A stretch of 59,329 nucleotides of DNA, filler included. It is 7 parts of 7 records of this genome, joined end to end, with 100 filler letters (N's around TTAATTAATTAA, not from the genome) between each part and the next. Parts side by side here need not be neighbours in the genome. Positions count along the whole stretch, not along the records: positions 23,986 to 31,435 come from SRR2962707_2078; positions 31,536 to 37,658 come from SRR2962707_2079; positions 37,759 to 45,321 come from SRR2962707_2081; 4 more parts are not named here. One strand, given 5' to 3'. Below, one piece after another: positions 30,924 to 41,061 of the stretch. The notes below the pieces were generated by a model. It did not search any database. It worked only from the letters and a program-made list of their open reading frames with translations, and was not told the origin of the DNA. Every line of letters starts with the position of its first letter. The first letter of the stretch is position 1. Position numbers and translations under genes: made by a program.

Positions 30924-31296
30924 GCTGCCCACCTTGTTCTGAAACGGAACGGACAAACCAGCGCGTCGTCAGTTGCATAATCAACGCCGTGGCAACCATG
31001 GTGATCACCGTGCTCAGAAACAGAGCCAGGGTGATCGGCAACCACTCATCCGCTATACGCCCGAAATGCGTCATCATCCCCACGCCCGCAGGCACGAAGA
31101 GCAGTGACAGATGGCTCAGTAACGCGCTGGAGGCCTCGCTCAGGGAATCCGGGGCACTACCTCGGATCATCAAGGTAACGAACAGCATGACCATGCCAAG
31201 CACCGGCCCGGGAATCGGCAGCCCGATAAGTCGTACCAGAATCTCGCCTGTCAGTTGATAAACCAGCAGTAACGTCACACCGTTCAGAAACTTCAT
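30916..31296 (-). CDS. cidA: CidA/LrgA holin-like protein
   Basis: PIPGPVLGM, LSLLFVPAGVG; overlaps lrgB. Confidence 0.92.
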   Translation of the reverse strand: MKFLNGVTLLLVYQLTGEILVRLIGLPIPGPVLGMVMLFVTLMIRGSAPDSLSEASSALLSHLSLLFVPAGVGMMTHFGRIADEWLPITLALFLSTVITMVATALIMQLTTRWFVRSVSEQGGQHE

Positions 31297-31299
31297 GAA

Positions 31300-31435
31300 T
31301 CAGGATTCCCCGCCTGCATGTGCCACGTTGCTTTTGGGAATCACCTTCCGGCCATACATTGCCAGCAGGAACCCAATGGGGAACATAAGCACACCGTAAA
31401 CGGCAGCGGGAATCGACATGGTGCTGGACTCCAGC
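31300..31435 (-). CDS. Probable bile acid:sodium symporter family transporter, C-terminal fragment
   Basis: Manual translation LESSTMSIPAAVYGVLMFPIGFLLAMYGRK...*. Confidence 0.6.
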
Positions 31436-31535
31436 NNNNNNNNNNNNNNNNNNNNNNNNNNNNNNNNNNNNNNNNNNNNTTAATTAATTAANNNNNNNNN
31501 NNNNNNNNNNNNNNNNNNNNNNNNNNNNNNNNNNN
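31436..31535. other. Artificial contig spacer
   Basis: 44 N + TTAATTAATTAA + 44 N. Confidence 0.98.
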
Positions 31536-31731
31536 CGGCGCTTTGCTGACCGGCGGCTATGGCTCTGTGATCGGGGCGGCGCTTGGTGCTTTAATTTTCG
31601 GCGTTGTGCAACAGGGTCTGTTTTTTGCCAATGTAGAAAGCTCGCTCTTCCGCGTCTTTCTCGGCGTTATCCTGCTCTTCGCTGTGGTGCTTAACACCTA
31701 TATCCGACGCATGATCACTGGGGAGAGATAA
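31536..31731 (+). CDS. Sugar ABC transporter permease, C-terminal fragment
   Basis: [19 protein letters not shown], typical of RbsC-type permeases. Confidence 0.85.
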
Positions 31732-31732
31732 G

Positions 31733-32521
31733 ATGACAAAACAAGATACTCCCATCATTGAAATGCGAAATATCGAGAAGCATTTTGGCTCAGTGATTGC
31801 GCTGGCTGGCGTTTCTGTGAATGTTCTTGCCGGTGAATGTCACTGCCTTCTTGGCGATAATGGCGCTGGTAAATCGACATTCATCAAAACCATGTCGGGC
31901 GTTCATAAACCAACCAGCGGCGAGATCTATTTTGAAGGCAAACCTTTGCAGTTTGACGATCCGCGTGATGCCATCTCGGCTGGCATTGCGACCGTCTATC
32001 AAGATCTAGCGATGATACCGCTGATGTCTGTGAGCCGGAATTTCTTCATGGGCAATGAACCGCTTAAACGCATCGGCCCGTTCGGCATATTCGATCATGA
32101 ATATGCCAATGAAATTACGATGCAGGAAATGCGCAAAATGGGCATTAATTTGCGTGGTCCCGATCAGGCGGTTGGCACTTTATCTGGCGGTGAACGCCAA
32201 ACGGTTGCCATTGCCCGCGCTGTGCATTTTGGCGCGAAGGTTCTGATCCTTGATGAGCCAACATCAGCGCTTGGCGTGCGCCAAACGTCAAACGTGCTCG
32301 CCACCATCGATAAAGTGCGCAAGCAGGGCATTGCTGTTGTCTTTATTACGCACAACGTACGCCACGCTATGGCTGTGGGTGATCGCTTCACTGTGCTTAA
32401 TCGCGGCAAAACATTGGGTACTGCAAATCGCGGCGAGATTACGCCCGATGAGCTGCAAGACATGATGGCAGGCGGCTTGGAAATGGCAACGCTTGAAGGG
32501 TCTCTCGGCGGCACGGTTTAA
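31733..32521 (+). CDS. Sugar ABC transporter ATP-binding protein (single domain)
   Basis: [28 protein letters not shown]. Confidence 0.93.
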   Translation: MTKQDTPIIEMRNIEKHFGSVIALAGVSVNVLAGECHCLLGDNGAGKSTFIKTMSGVHKPTSGEIYFEGKPLQFDDPRDAISAGIATVYQDLAMIPLMSVSRNFFMGNEPLKRIGPFGIFDHEYANEITMQEMRKMGINLRGPDQAVGTLSGGERQTVAIARAVHFGAKVLILDEPTSALGVRQTSNVLATIDKVRKQGIAVVFITHNVRHAMAVGDRFTVLNRGKTLGTANRGEITPDELQDMMAGGLEMATLEGSLGGTV

Positions 32522-32705
32522 GCCACCCCACACTCATAATATATGCGCCGGTCGTCTGCTAATTCAGCACGGCCGGCGTATTTGTTTGCGCAGTTGTAAC
32601 GTTTTTTGTCCTGAGACAGAATTACCACTTCATTTTCACGGTTCAATTCTCTAAACAGGAAACAACTCATATCAGCGCATCACGCGCGCGCCGACGGAGA
32701 CTGAC

Positions 32706-33686
32706 ATGTCAAACACATCACGCAGCCCAAAAGTTATTACAGTTTTTGGTGCTTCCGGTTTTCTTGGCCGCCATGTGACACGGGCTCTGGCCAAGCGTGG
32801 CTACCGCATTCGCGCCGCCGTGCGCCGTCCTGATCTTGCTGGTCATTTGCAGCCGCTTGGCGATGTGGGCCAGATCACAGCCATTCAAGCCAATCTTCGC
32901 CACCGTTGGTCGGTAGAGCGTGCGCTTGATGGCGCAGATGCTGCGGTTAATCTGGTTGGCATTTTGTTTGAAAGCGGTCGTCAGAGCTTTAACGCAGTGC
33001 AGGAATTTGGTGCCCGCGCAGTTGCGCAATCTTGCGCCGAGCGCGGGATTCCCTTGGTGCATATGTCAGCTATTGGCGCTGATGCAAACAGCCAATCTGA
33101 TTATGGCCGCACCAAAGCACGCGGCGAAAAAGCGGTTAAGGATGCGCTTGGCAAAAACGCCATCATCATGCGCCCTTCGATCGTTTTTGGCCCTGAAGAT
33201 GATTTCTTTAATAAATTTGCCAATATGGCGCGGATCTCACCAGTGCTTCCGCTCATTGGCGGCGGCATGACAAAGTTCCAACCGGTCTATGTGGTGGATG
33301 TGGCCGAAGCGATTGCCAAAGCGATTGATGGCGAACTTAAAGGCGGTACAACCTACGAACTAGGCGGACCGGAAGTTTTGACGTTCAAACAATGCCTCGA
33401 AACTACTTGTAAAGTGATTGAGCGCAAACGCGGATTTGTGAACCTGCCTTGGTTCGTCGCACGTATGAATGCGCGCATTATGGGCCTATTGCCAAATCCA
33501 ATTTTAACAGTCGATCAGGTTAAATTGCTTCAAAGCAATAATGTGGTCACAGCCCCTAAAGCGCAGACACTTGAAGGCATGGGCATTAAAGCCTCTTCGC
33601 TGGATGCTATTTTGCCGACCTATCTATGGCGTTTCCGCGAAACGGGTCAATTCCGCAATAAGCATGCCATTGCCGAAGACCAATAA
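32706..33686 (+). CDS. Complex I NDUFA9-family atypical SDR (NAD-dependent epimerase-like)
   Basis: VFGASGFLG, YGRTKARGE, RPSIVFGPED, FQPVYV. Confidence 0.9.
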   Translation: MSNTSRSPKVITVFGASGFLGRHVTRALAKRGYRIRAAVRRPDLAGHLQPLGDVGQITAIQANLRHRWSVERALDGADAAVNLVGILFESGRQSFNAVQEFGARAVAQSCAERGIPLVHMSAIGADANSQSDYGRTKARGEKAVKDALGKNAIIMRPSIVFGPEDDFFNKFANMARISPVLPLIGGGMTKFQPVYVVDVAEAIAKAIDGELKGGTTYELGGPEVLTFKQCLETTCKVIERKRGFVNLPWFVARMNARIMGLLPNPILTVDQVKLLQSNNVVTAPKAQTLEGMGIKASSLDAILPTYLWRFRETGQFRNKHAIAEDQ

Positions 33687-33691
33687 TTCAA

Positions 33692-34450
33692 TTGACTGAT
33701 TTGGGTCTATTGCCAGACGGCATAAGCAACCTAGTCGCGCTGTTTTTGATAACAGCGAGCTTTTTCACATCGGCAATTACGGCCGCCTTCGGTGTTGGCG
33801 GCGGCTTGGCGTTGATTTCTCTGTTGGGGCTTTTTCTGCCCGTTTCTGCGCTCATTCCCGTCCATGGTCTCGTCCAGCTTGGATCAAATTCTGGCCGTGC
33901 ATGGCGCATGCGTGAATATATTCGCTGGCCCGTCATTTTGCCGTTTCTTGTAGGTGCGGCGCTCGGCGCTATTCTTGGTGCCTCCATCGTTGTAACGCTC
34001 CCAAATGCCTTGCTTAAAATCATACTGGGCATTTTTGTTATCTTCGTTACGTGGTTTTCCATTCCAAAAGTCCTGACAACGGGCACTGCTGCAACGTTGA
34101 TTGGCGGATTTGTAACCACCGTCTTGACGATGTTTTTGGGTGCAACCGGCCCATTGGTGATTTCGCTGTTTGCCAAAGCCTTTGATGAGCGAAAACAGCT
34201 TGTGTCCAACAGTGCCGTTGCCCTGACAGCTCAGCACGGTTTTAAAACAATTGCCTTTGGCTTATTTGGCTTCGCCTTTGCCGCTTGGCTACCGCTTATT
34301 TGCGCGATGATTATCTTTGGCTATGGCGGCACGATAGCCGGTGGCTATCTTTTGGGTAAATTAGATGAAACGCTGTTCCGCAAGATATTCAATATCTGCC
34401 TGACACTGCTTGCGCTTAACATGATCCGTATTGGGTATGCGGCGCTTTAG
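33692..34450 (+). CDS. TauE/SafE family (TSUP) membrane transporter
   Basis: AFGVGGG and GATGP repeats, about 8 TM; TTG start. Confidence 0.85.
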   Translation: MTDLGLLPDGISNLVALFLITASFFTSAITAAFGVGGGLALISLLGLFLPVSALIPVHGLVQLGSNSGRAWRMREYIRWPVILPFLVGAALGAILGASIVVTLPNALLKIILGIFVIFVTWFSIPKVLTTGTAATLIGGFVTTVLTMFLGATGPLVISLFAKAFDERKQLVSNSAVALTAQHGFKTIAFGLFGFAFAAWLPLICAMIIFGYGGTIAGGYLLGKLDETLFRKIFNICLTLLALNMIRIGYAAL

Positions 34451-35253
34451 CCGAACACCAGAAGGGCAATAAGGCCTGCGCCGCCCACCAAAATGCGCCA
34501 CCATGCAAACAGCGAAAAGCCATGCTTTGACACATAGTCGAGCAAATAGCGCACCACGATGACCGCCGAAATAAAGGCGGCAACCATGCCAACAGCAATG
34601 ATGCCAAAATCACTCGATGAAAGCGCATCGTAGTTTTTATAAAGATCGAGCGCGAAGGCGCCGGCCATTGTCGGCATAGCCAGGAAGAATGAAAACTCTG
34701 CCGCCGAGCGTTTATCTGCGCCCATCAGCAAAGCACCGGCAATCGTTGCGCCAGAGCGCGATGTGCCAGGGATCATCGCCAAACATTGGCAAAAACCAAT
34801 TTTAAGACAAAGCGACAAAGGATATCGCGTAATATCATCATAGCGCGGCTTCAGCGGAAGACGGTCAATCCAAAGCAGAATGACGCCGCCAACGAGCAGC
34901 GCAATACAGATCGTCATAGGCGATTCAAACAGCACTGATTTGATAAAATCATGCGCTAAAGCGCCAATCACAGCCGCAGGCAAAAAGGCAAGCAAGACGC
35001 CGAGCACGAAATGTTGTGTTGTTTTATCGGATGGCAGCGTGACCAAGAGATGCCAGAGTTTTGCCGCATAGACCGAAAGGATCGCAGCGATAGCGCCCAA
35101 TTGAATAAGCACTTCGAAGGCTTTGCCCGTTGAATTAAAGCCAAGGAAATGACCTGCCAAGAGAATGTGACCGGTTGAAGAGACGGGAATGAATTCAGTC
35201 AGACCCTCAAGAATACCCAGCAGCAGCGCTTGAACAATAGTTTGATCAGCCAT
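34447..35253 (-). CDS. uppP: Undecaprenyl-diphosphatase
   Basis: [32 protein letters not shown]. Confidence 0.97.
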   Translation of the reverse strand: MADQTIVQALLLGILEGLTEFIPVSSTGHILLAGHFLGFNSTGKAFEVLIQLGAIAAILSVYAAKLWHLLVTLPSDKTTQHFVLGVLLAFLPAAVIGALAHDFIKSVLFESPMTICIALLVGGVILLWIDRLPLKPRYDDITRYPLSLCLKIGFCQCLAMIPGTSRSGATIAGALLMGADKRSAAEFSFFLAMPTMAGAFALDLYKNYDALSSSDFGIIAVGMVAAFISAVIVVRYLLDYVSKHGFSLFAWWRILVGGAGLIALLVFG

Positions 35254-35414
35254 GTCAATTCCACATCCATTTTGGTTTGCGAATCTCGCAGGGTTTCCAT
35301 AAACCTGCGCGCGACTTTTGGAAATAGTACTACGCGGTGATTTTTAACCGTTAGACATTGCTAATGGGGCCAACTTCACCCTATTGAGGGTTTTCATTCA
35401 ATCGGGAATATTAA

Positions 35415-36605
35415 GTGGCCAGTCATAAACATGTAGACGTTATCGTACTTGGCGGCGGCGCTGCGGGCTTGATGTGCGCGATTGAAGCTGGCAAACGCGG
35501 ACGCTCGGTCATCGTTCTTGACCATGCGAAAAAGCCTGCTGAGAAAATCCGCATTTCCGGCGGTGGGCGGTGCAATTTTACGAATGCGCATTGCAGCGCG
35601 AAGAATTTTATTTCGCAAAATCCGCATTTTTGTATCTCCGCTTTGCGCGGCTATACGCAGACCGATTTCATTGCGCTGGTTAAAAAGCACGAGATTGCCT
35701 TTCATGAAAAGGCGCTTGGCCAATTGTTCTGCGACGGTTCAGCGCTGCAGATCATTGAAATGCTGCTCGTCGAGATGGCGGTTGCGGGTGCAGAGCTTTG
35801 GCTCGAAACGACTGTTGGTGCGATTTCAAAAAGCGATGAAGGCTTTAGTGTTGCCACGTCGCAGGGCGATCTAACATGCGGCAGCCTTGTAGTAGCGACC
35901 GGCGGGCGCTCTATCCCTAAAATGGGCGCAACAGGGCTTGGCTATGATATTGCCAAGCAATTTGGCCTTGAGATTATTGAACCGCGCCCTGCGCTTGTGC
36001 CATTCACCTATGCCTCAGACATAGCGGAAAAATGGTCAGCGCTTTCCGGCGTTGCGATGGATGTGCGCGCATCGCTTGGCAAGGTGCATTTTGATGAAGC
36101 CATGCTGATTACCCATCGCGGCATTAGCGGCCCAGCGATTTTGCAGATTTCATCCTATTGGCGCGAAGGCGACACGGTGACGATTGACACTCTGCCGGGC
36201 CAAGATGTCGCTGCATTGATCACGGCGGAAAAAGAGAAGCGGCCGAAAATTGGCCTTGTTGCCGCTTTGCTCGAACATTTGCCAAAGAGCTTTTTGCAAT
36301 ATTTGGTTGAGGATTTGGGCGCGCGCGACATGCGCCTGGCGGATCTGCCGAAAAAGACCATTGAGGCCTTCGCAGATCGTGTCCACCGCTTGCAGTTTAA
36401 ACCAGGCGGCAGCGAAGGCTATCGCACGGCCGAAGTCACACTTGGCGGCGTCAGCACAGACGGGCTGTCGCAAAAGACCATGGAAGCAAAGGACGTTTCC
36501 GGCCTTTATTTTATCGGCGAAGTGGTGGATGTGACCGGCCAACTAGGCGGCCACAATTTCCAATGGGCGTGGTCATCTGGCTTTGCAGCAGGCCAAGTAG
36601 TTTAA
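35415..36605 (+). CDS. HI0933/YhiN/BaiN-family flavoprotein
   Basis: GGGAAG, ISGGGRCNFTN, THRGISGP, VTLGGV, GGHNFQWAWSSG. Confidence 0.93.
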   Translation: MASHKHVDVIVLGGGAAGLMCAIEAGKRGRSVIVLDHAKKPAEKIRISGGGRCNFTNAHCSAKNFISQNPHFCISALRGYTQTDFIALVKKHEIAFHEKALGQLFCDGSALQIIEMLLVEMAVAGAELWLETTVGAISKSDEGFSVATSQGDLTCGSLVVATGGRSIPKMGATGLGYDIAKQFGLEIIEPRPALVPFTYASDIAEKWSALSGVAMDVRASLGKVHFDEAMLITHRGISGPAILQISSYWREGDTVTIDTLPGQDVAALITAEKEKRPKIGLVAALLEHLPKSFLQYLVEDLGARDMRLADLPKKTIEAFADRVHRLQFKPGGSEGYRTAEVTLGGVSTDGLSQKTMEAKDVSGLYFIGEVVDVTGQLGGHNFQWAWSSGFAAGQVV

Positions 36606-37486
36606 CCCATTTTGTCAGACGCATAAGCGCCCGGGCTTGCAGGGAACACCACAACGCGGCTGCCGCTGATACACGTGCGTTGCTGCACATGGGCGTGGAT
36701 GGCGCGTGACAGTACGTTACATTCTACGTCGCGGCCAATAGAGACATAATCTGCCGCGCTTTGCGCATGGGTAACACGTGCTGTATCTTGCTCAATAATT
36801 GGGCCTTCATCCAAATCAGCGGTCACATAATGGGCTGTTGCGCCGATCAATTTCACGCCGCGCTCATAGGCCTGTTTATAGGGGTTTGCACCCTTAAAAC
36901 TTGGCAAAAATGAGTGGTGAATATTGATGATCTTACCGGACATTTTGGTGCATAATTTGTCAGAAAGAACCTGCATATAACGCGCCAGAACAATCAGTTC
37001 TGCTTCAGTCTGTTCGACAATTTCAAGTAGTTCATTTTCGGCGCGTTCTTTTTCACCCTTGCGGATTGGCACATGGTAAAATGGCAAATCCGCGTTGACG
37101 ACCTGCTTTTGATAATCAAGGTGGTTGGAGACCACACCGACGATTTCAATCGGCAACGCGCCGATGCGCCAGCGGTACAAAATATCGTTTAGGCAATGGC
37201 CAAAGCGCGAGACCATGATAATCACTTTGGTGCGCTTAGAGGGATCATGGAACAGCCATTCCATGCCAAATTGTTCGCCGACCGTCTCAAATTTTTCAAT
37301 CAGATCAGGCAATCTTTCGCCTGTCTCAGACGTGAACGACACACGCATGAAAAATGCTGCTGTTGCCGCATCATCAAACTGCGCACTGTCGGTGATATTA
37401 CACCCATTATCTGCGAGAAAATTTGCAATGGCGGCTACGATGCCGCGGCGGCTGGGGCATGAGACGGTAAGAACATAATTATGCAT
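36602..37486 (-). CDS. purU: Formyltetrahydrofolate deformylase
   Basis: N-terminal ACT domain, LARYMQVL, INIHHSFLPSFKGA, LDEGPIIEQ. Confidence 0.96.
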   Translation of the reverse strand: MHNYVLTVSCPSRRGIVAAIANFLADNGCNITDSAQFDDAATAAFFMRVSFTSETGERLPDLIEKFETVGEQFGMEWLFHDPSKRTKVIIMVSRFGHCLNDILYRWRIGALPIEIVGVVSNHLDYQKQVVNADLPFYHVPIRKGEKERAENELLEIVEQTEAELIVLARYMQVLSDKLCTKMSGKIINIHHSFLPSFKGANPYKQAYERGVKLIGATAHYVTADLDEGPIIEQDTARVTHAQSAADYVSIGRDVECNVLSRAIHAHVQQRTCISGSRVVVFPASPGAYASDKMG

Positions 37487-37609
37487 TGATCGCGTTCCAA
37501 AGTTGAGTGTTCGCCGCTTCCTATCGCTTTGAACAAAATACCTTATTTGCGTCTATCATTAAAAATGGATTTTTAGCCATCCGAAAAGCGACATTTTATC
37601 TGCGCGATT

Positions 37610-37640
37610 AGAAAGGGCGGCGAGTAAAGCCGCCCTTTCT
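37610..37640. terminator. Terminator-like hairpin upstream of purU
   Basis: AGAAAGGGCGGC / GCCGCCCTTTCT perfect 12-bp stem. Confidence 0.65.
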
Positions 37641-37658
37641 CTAATGAACGAACAACAA

Positions 37659-37758
37659 NNNNNNNNNNNNNNNNNNNNNNNNNNNNNNNNNNNNNNNNNN
37701 NNTTAATTAATTAANNNNNNNNNNNNNNNNNNNNNNNNNNNNNNNNNNNNNNNNNNNN
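37659..37758. other. Artificial contig spacer
   Basis: 44 N + TTAATTAATTAA + 44 N. Confidence 0.98.
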
Positions 37759-37759
37759 C

Positions 37760-37861
37760 AACCCGCAGAACTTCCTGCTGATGCACGCTATGGGGCCAAA
37801 CGTGGCCGGTGTTATCGGCTCTGCGGTGGCTGCAGGTGTGATGATCAAGCTGCTTAGCTGA
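37760..37861 (+). CDS. oadB: Na+-translocating decarboxylase beta subunit, C-terminal fragment
   Basis: [26 protein letters not shown]. Confidence 0.92.
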   Translation, partial: NPQNFLLMHAMGPNVAGVIGSAVAAGVMIKLLS

Positions 37862-37883
37862 TTGTTTCACTTCAGCACCTGAG

Positions 37884-37917
37884 AGAAGGCCCCGCTTTTG
37901 CGGGGCTTTCTTGTTTT
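37884..37917 (+). terminator. Intrinsic terminator between oadB and dnaE2
   Basis: AGAAGGCCCCGC-TTTT-GCGGGGCTTTCT followed by a T-rich tail. Confidence 0.75.
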
Positions 37918-37941
37918 AGTCGCCTCCGCAATGGTGCTTCA

Positions 37942-40900
37942 TCAATGAAAATCCCGGGAATTAACCGGTAACGTCTGAATCAGATGGCTCAAATCCGACA
38001 GCCTTCCTGCCATCACGTGAACAATATCGCCTTCTCTTTCCAGAATCCCTTTCACATGTAACAACCGGGCCGTTATCAACGGCTTGCGCTGCCGCCGTGC
38101 GGTTTCCAGCCAGACCACCACGTTTACGTTTCCAGTTTCGTCTTCCAGGGTAACGAAGGTGACGCCGGAGGCGGAGCCGGGGCGTTGGCGGCCTGTGACA
38201 AGGCCAGCAACCTGAACCGGTCGGCCAGGCTGGATATTCTTGAGTTGTTCCGCGCTGAGACAGAACTTCAGGTGCCCCTGTTCCCGGAGCAGGGCCAGGG
38301 GATGGCGCTGCAGGGTCAGGCCCTGGCTGGCGTAGTCGGCCAGTACATTCTGGCCTTCCGTAGGTTCGGGCAACTGGTAACAGTGTTCTGGCTGGTAATG
38401 AGCCGCTGTCTCTTTGGCAAAGAGCTCCGCGGGCTGTTCGTGCTCAAGCAGTTGCCAGTAAGCCTGATGGCGATTAGTGGTAAACGTTGGCATGGCGTTA
38501 GCGCCTGCGAGCAGTTCCATGTCGCGTTGGTTCAGGCCGGCCAGGTGACGTAGTTCGGCGGTGGACCGGTAACCTTCAGCCGGGCGATTGTTGTAAAGGC
38601 GCTCGGCGCCGCTGGCAGAGAGGCCCTGTATGAGCCTGAGCCCCAGACGTAAATGACGATTGGGCGGCTCCAGGGTGTGATTCCATTGGCTGTGATTTAC
38701 ATCCGGGGGTAGCACGGTGACGTCATGACGACGGGCGTCCTGGACCAGTTGGGACGGTGAGTAGAATCCCATGGGTTGGCTGTTGAGCAGGGCGCAGTAG
38801 AAAGCGGCTGGGTAGTGGCGTTTAATCCAGGAGGACACATACACCAGCAGCGCAAAACTGGCGGCATGGGATTCGGGAAAACCGTAACCACCGAACCCGC
38901 AGATTTGCAGGTATAACCGTTCGGCGAAATCGGCATCGTGGCCCCGTTCCAGCATGCCGTTGATCAACTTGTCCCGAAATGGCGTCAGGTCGCCGTGAGA
39001 CTTCCAGGCAGCCATGGCGCGGCGGAGCTGGTCGGCTTCACCGGCAGAGAAACCAGCGGCCACCATGGCCAGCTTGATCACCTGCTCCTGGAAGATAGGC
39101 ACACCCAGGGTGCGCTCCAGAACGTTCCGTACAGCATCGTTGGGATAGTCCACTGGCTCCAGGCCATGCTTGCGACGCAGATAGGGGTGAACCATGTCAC
39201 CCTGGATAGGGCCGGGGCGAACAATGGCCACCTCGATCACCAGATCGTAGTACTTTTCCGGTTTCAGACGCGGCAACATGTTGATCTGGGCACGGGATTC
39301 CACCTGGAAAACACCGATGCTGTCGCCTTTTTGCAACATGGCATAGGTGGCGGGATCTTCCAGGGGAATATCCTGCATGGAAAAAGGAGCACCCTTTTCC
39401 TCACTGATCAGGTCCAAGGCCTTGCGGATGGCCGTGAGCATGCCCAGGGCAAGCACGTCCACTTTCATCAGGCCCAGGCTTTCCAGATCGTCCTTGTCCC
39501 ACTGTATGACGGTACGGTCCGCCATGGCCGCGTTCTCCACTGGTACCAATTCGGCCAATGGTCCGGCACTGATGACAAAACCACCGACATGCTGGGACAG
39601 GTGGCGGGGGAAGCCCAACAGGGTATTCACCAGGGTAAAGAACTGGTCGGCCACTTTCGGGTTGCGGGTGAGGTGTTTGTCGAGAATCTGCTGGCGCCAG
39701 TTGCTGGCCTTGTCCCGCCAATCGATGCCTTCCAAAAGCTGTTCCACCATGGCGGGATCAAAACCCAGGGCTTTGCCCACATCCCGGATGGCGCTGCGCG
39801 GCCGGTAGCGGATCACCGTGGCGGCCAGGGCTGCGCGTTCCCGGCTGTAGCGCCGGTAGATGTACTGGATAACCTCTTCCCGCCGTTCATGCTCGAAATC
39901 CACATCAATATCGGGTGGCTCTCCACGATCCTTGGAGATGAAGCGTTCGAACAGCAACTCCACGCGAGCCGGGTTGACCTCGGTGATGCCCAGGCAGTAG
40001 CACACGGCAGAGTTGGCAGCCGACCCGCGGCCCTGGCACAGAATGCCTTTGCTGCGGGCGAAGGCGACAATATCCTGGATAGTGAGGAAGTAGTGCTCGT
40101 ACTTCATCTCTGATATCAGGCCTAGTTCCTTGCGTATCAGCCTCTGAACGCTTTGTGGCGTGCCGTTTGGGTATCGCCGGCGTTCACCGTCGTGGGTCAG
40201 TTGTTTCAGGTAGGCCGCTGGCGATGTTCCGGCCGGCACCAGATCCGGTGGGTATTCGTACCGCAAGCTACCCGGTTCGAAAGTACATTGCTCAGCAATT
40301 ACCAGGGTTTCCCTGAGCCAGGCTTCCGGAAACAGGCGATCAAGAACCGGTAATGGTCGAAGGTAGCGCTCCCCATTCTGGAACAGGCAATGGCCGGCGT
40401 TCTCCAGGTTGGTGTGGTTGCGCAGGGCTGTGAGCACATCCTGCAACGGTTGCCGCTCGCGGCTGTGCATATGCACCTCTCCGGTGGCGGCTATCGGACA
40501 ACGCAGGTGGTCTGCCAGCCAGCGTGCCCGGGCCAGTTGCTGCTCCTCTCCGGATTCAAGAGTGCGGGCTGCGGCTATCCAGAGATTCGGCTCAAACAGG
40601 CGCTGAAGCCACTCACCACAGGCCAGGGCCTGGTCTGCATCTGCAACAGTGGGTGAGGGTGGCAGCCACAGGCACACACAATCGTCCAGGGAATGGGTCT
40701 CGATATCCCGGAAGAATAACCGGTACTGGCCTTTCTCCGCTTGCCGTCGGCCAGTGGTGATCAACTGGCAAAGCTGACCATAACCCTTACGGGTGCGGGC
40801 CAGCAGGATGAAGCGGGGAGTAACCGCTCCGGGCGGGGCATCCTCAAGTTCAAACCAGCTGCCGGTGATCAGCTTTACCGGGCTGTCTTTCAGTGCGGCC

Positions 40901-41061
40901 CAGGCCCGAGGAATGCCAGCCACTGAGCAGGCATCTGTGATGGCCAGTGCAGAGTAACCCAACTCCAGTGCTTGCTCGGCCAGTTCATGGGGATGTGAGG
41001 CCCCGGTCAGGAAGGTGAAATTGCTGAAGCAGAAGAGTTCGGCATAGCTGAAGTTGTCCAT
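37942..41061 (-). CDS. dnaE2: Error-prone DNA polymerase III alpha (ImuC/DnaE2)
   Basis: YAELFCFSNFTFLTGASHP, GRGSAANS, PPDIDVDFE, GFPESHAASF, C-terminal SRDFH; ATG 41061 overlaps the imuB stop. Confidence 0.97.
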   Translation of the reverse strand: MDNFSYAELFCFSNFTFLTGASHPHELAEQALELGYSALAITDACSVAGIPRAWAALKDSPVKLITGSWFELEDAPPGAVTPRFILLARTRKGYGQLCQLITTGRRQAEKGQYRLFFRDIETHSLDDCVCLWLPPSPTVADADQALACGEWLQRLFEPNLWIAAARTLESGEEQQLARARWLADHLRCPIAATGEVHMHSRERQPLQDVLTALRNHTNLENAGHCLFQNGERYLRPLPVLDRLFPEAWLRETLVIAEQCTFEPGSLRYEYPPDLVPAGTSPAAYLKQLTHDGERRRYPNGTPQSVQRLIRKELGLISEMKYEHYFLTIQDIVAFARSKGILCQGRGSAANSAVCYCLGITEVNPARVELLFERFISKDRGEPPDIDVDFEHERREEVIQYIYRRYSRERAALAATVIRYRPRSAIRDVGKALGFDPAMVEQLLEGIDWRDKASNWRQQILDKHLTRNPKVADQFFTLVNTLLGFPRHLSQHVGGFVISAGPLAELVPVENAAMADRTVIQWDKDDLESLGLMKVDVLALGMLTAIRKALDLISEEKGAPFSMQDIPLEDPATYAMLQKGDSIGVFQVESRAQINMLPRLKPEKYYDLVIEVAIVRPGPIQGDMVHPYLRRKHGLEPVDYPNDAVRNVLERTLGVPIFQEQVIKLAMVAAGFSAGEADQLRRAMAAWKSHGDLTPFRDKLINGMLERGHDADFAERLYLQICGFGGYGFPESHAASFALLVYVSSWIKRHYPAAFYCALLNSQPMGFYSPSQLVQDARRHDVTVLPPDVNHSQWNHTLEPPNRHLRLGLRLIQGLSASGAERLYNNRPAEGYRSTAELRHLAGLNQRDMELLAGANAMPTFTTNRHQAYWQLLEHEQPAELFAKETAAHYQPEHCYQLPEPTEGQNVLADYASQGLTLQRHPLALLREQGHLKFCLSAEQLKNIQPGRPVQVAGLVTGRQRPGSASGVTFVTLEDETGNVNVVVWLETARRQRKPLITARLLHVKGILEREGDIVHVMAGRLSDLSHLIQTLPVNSRDFH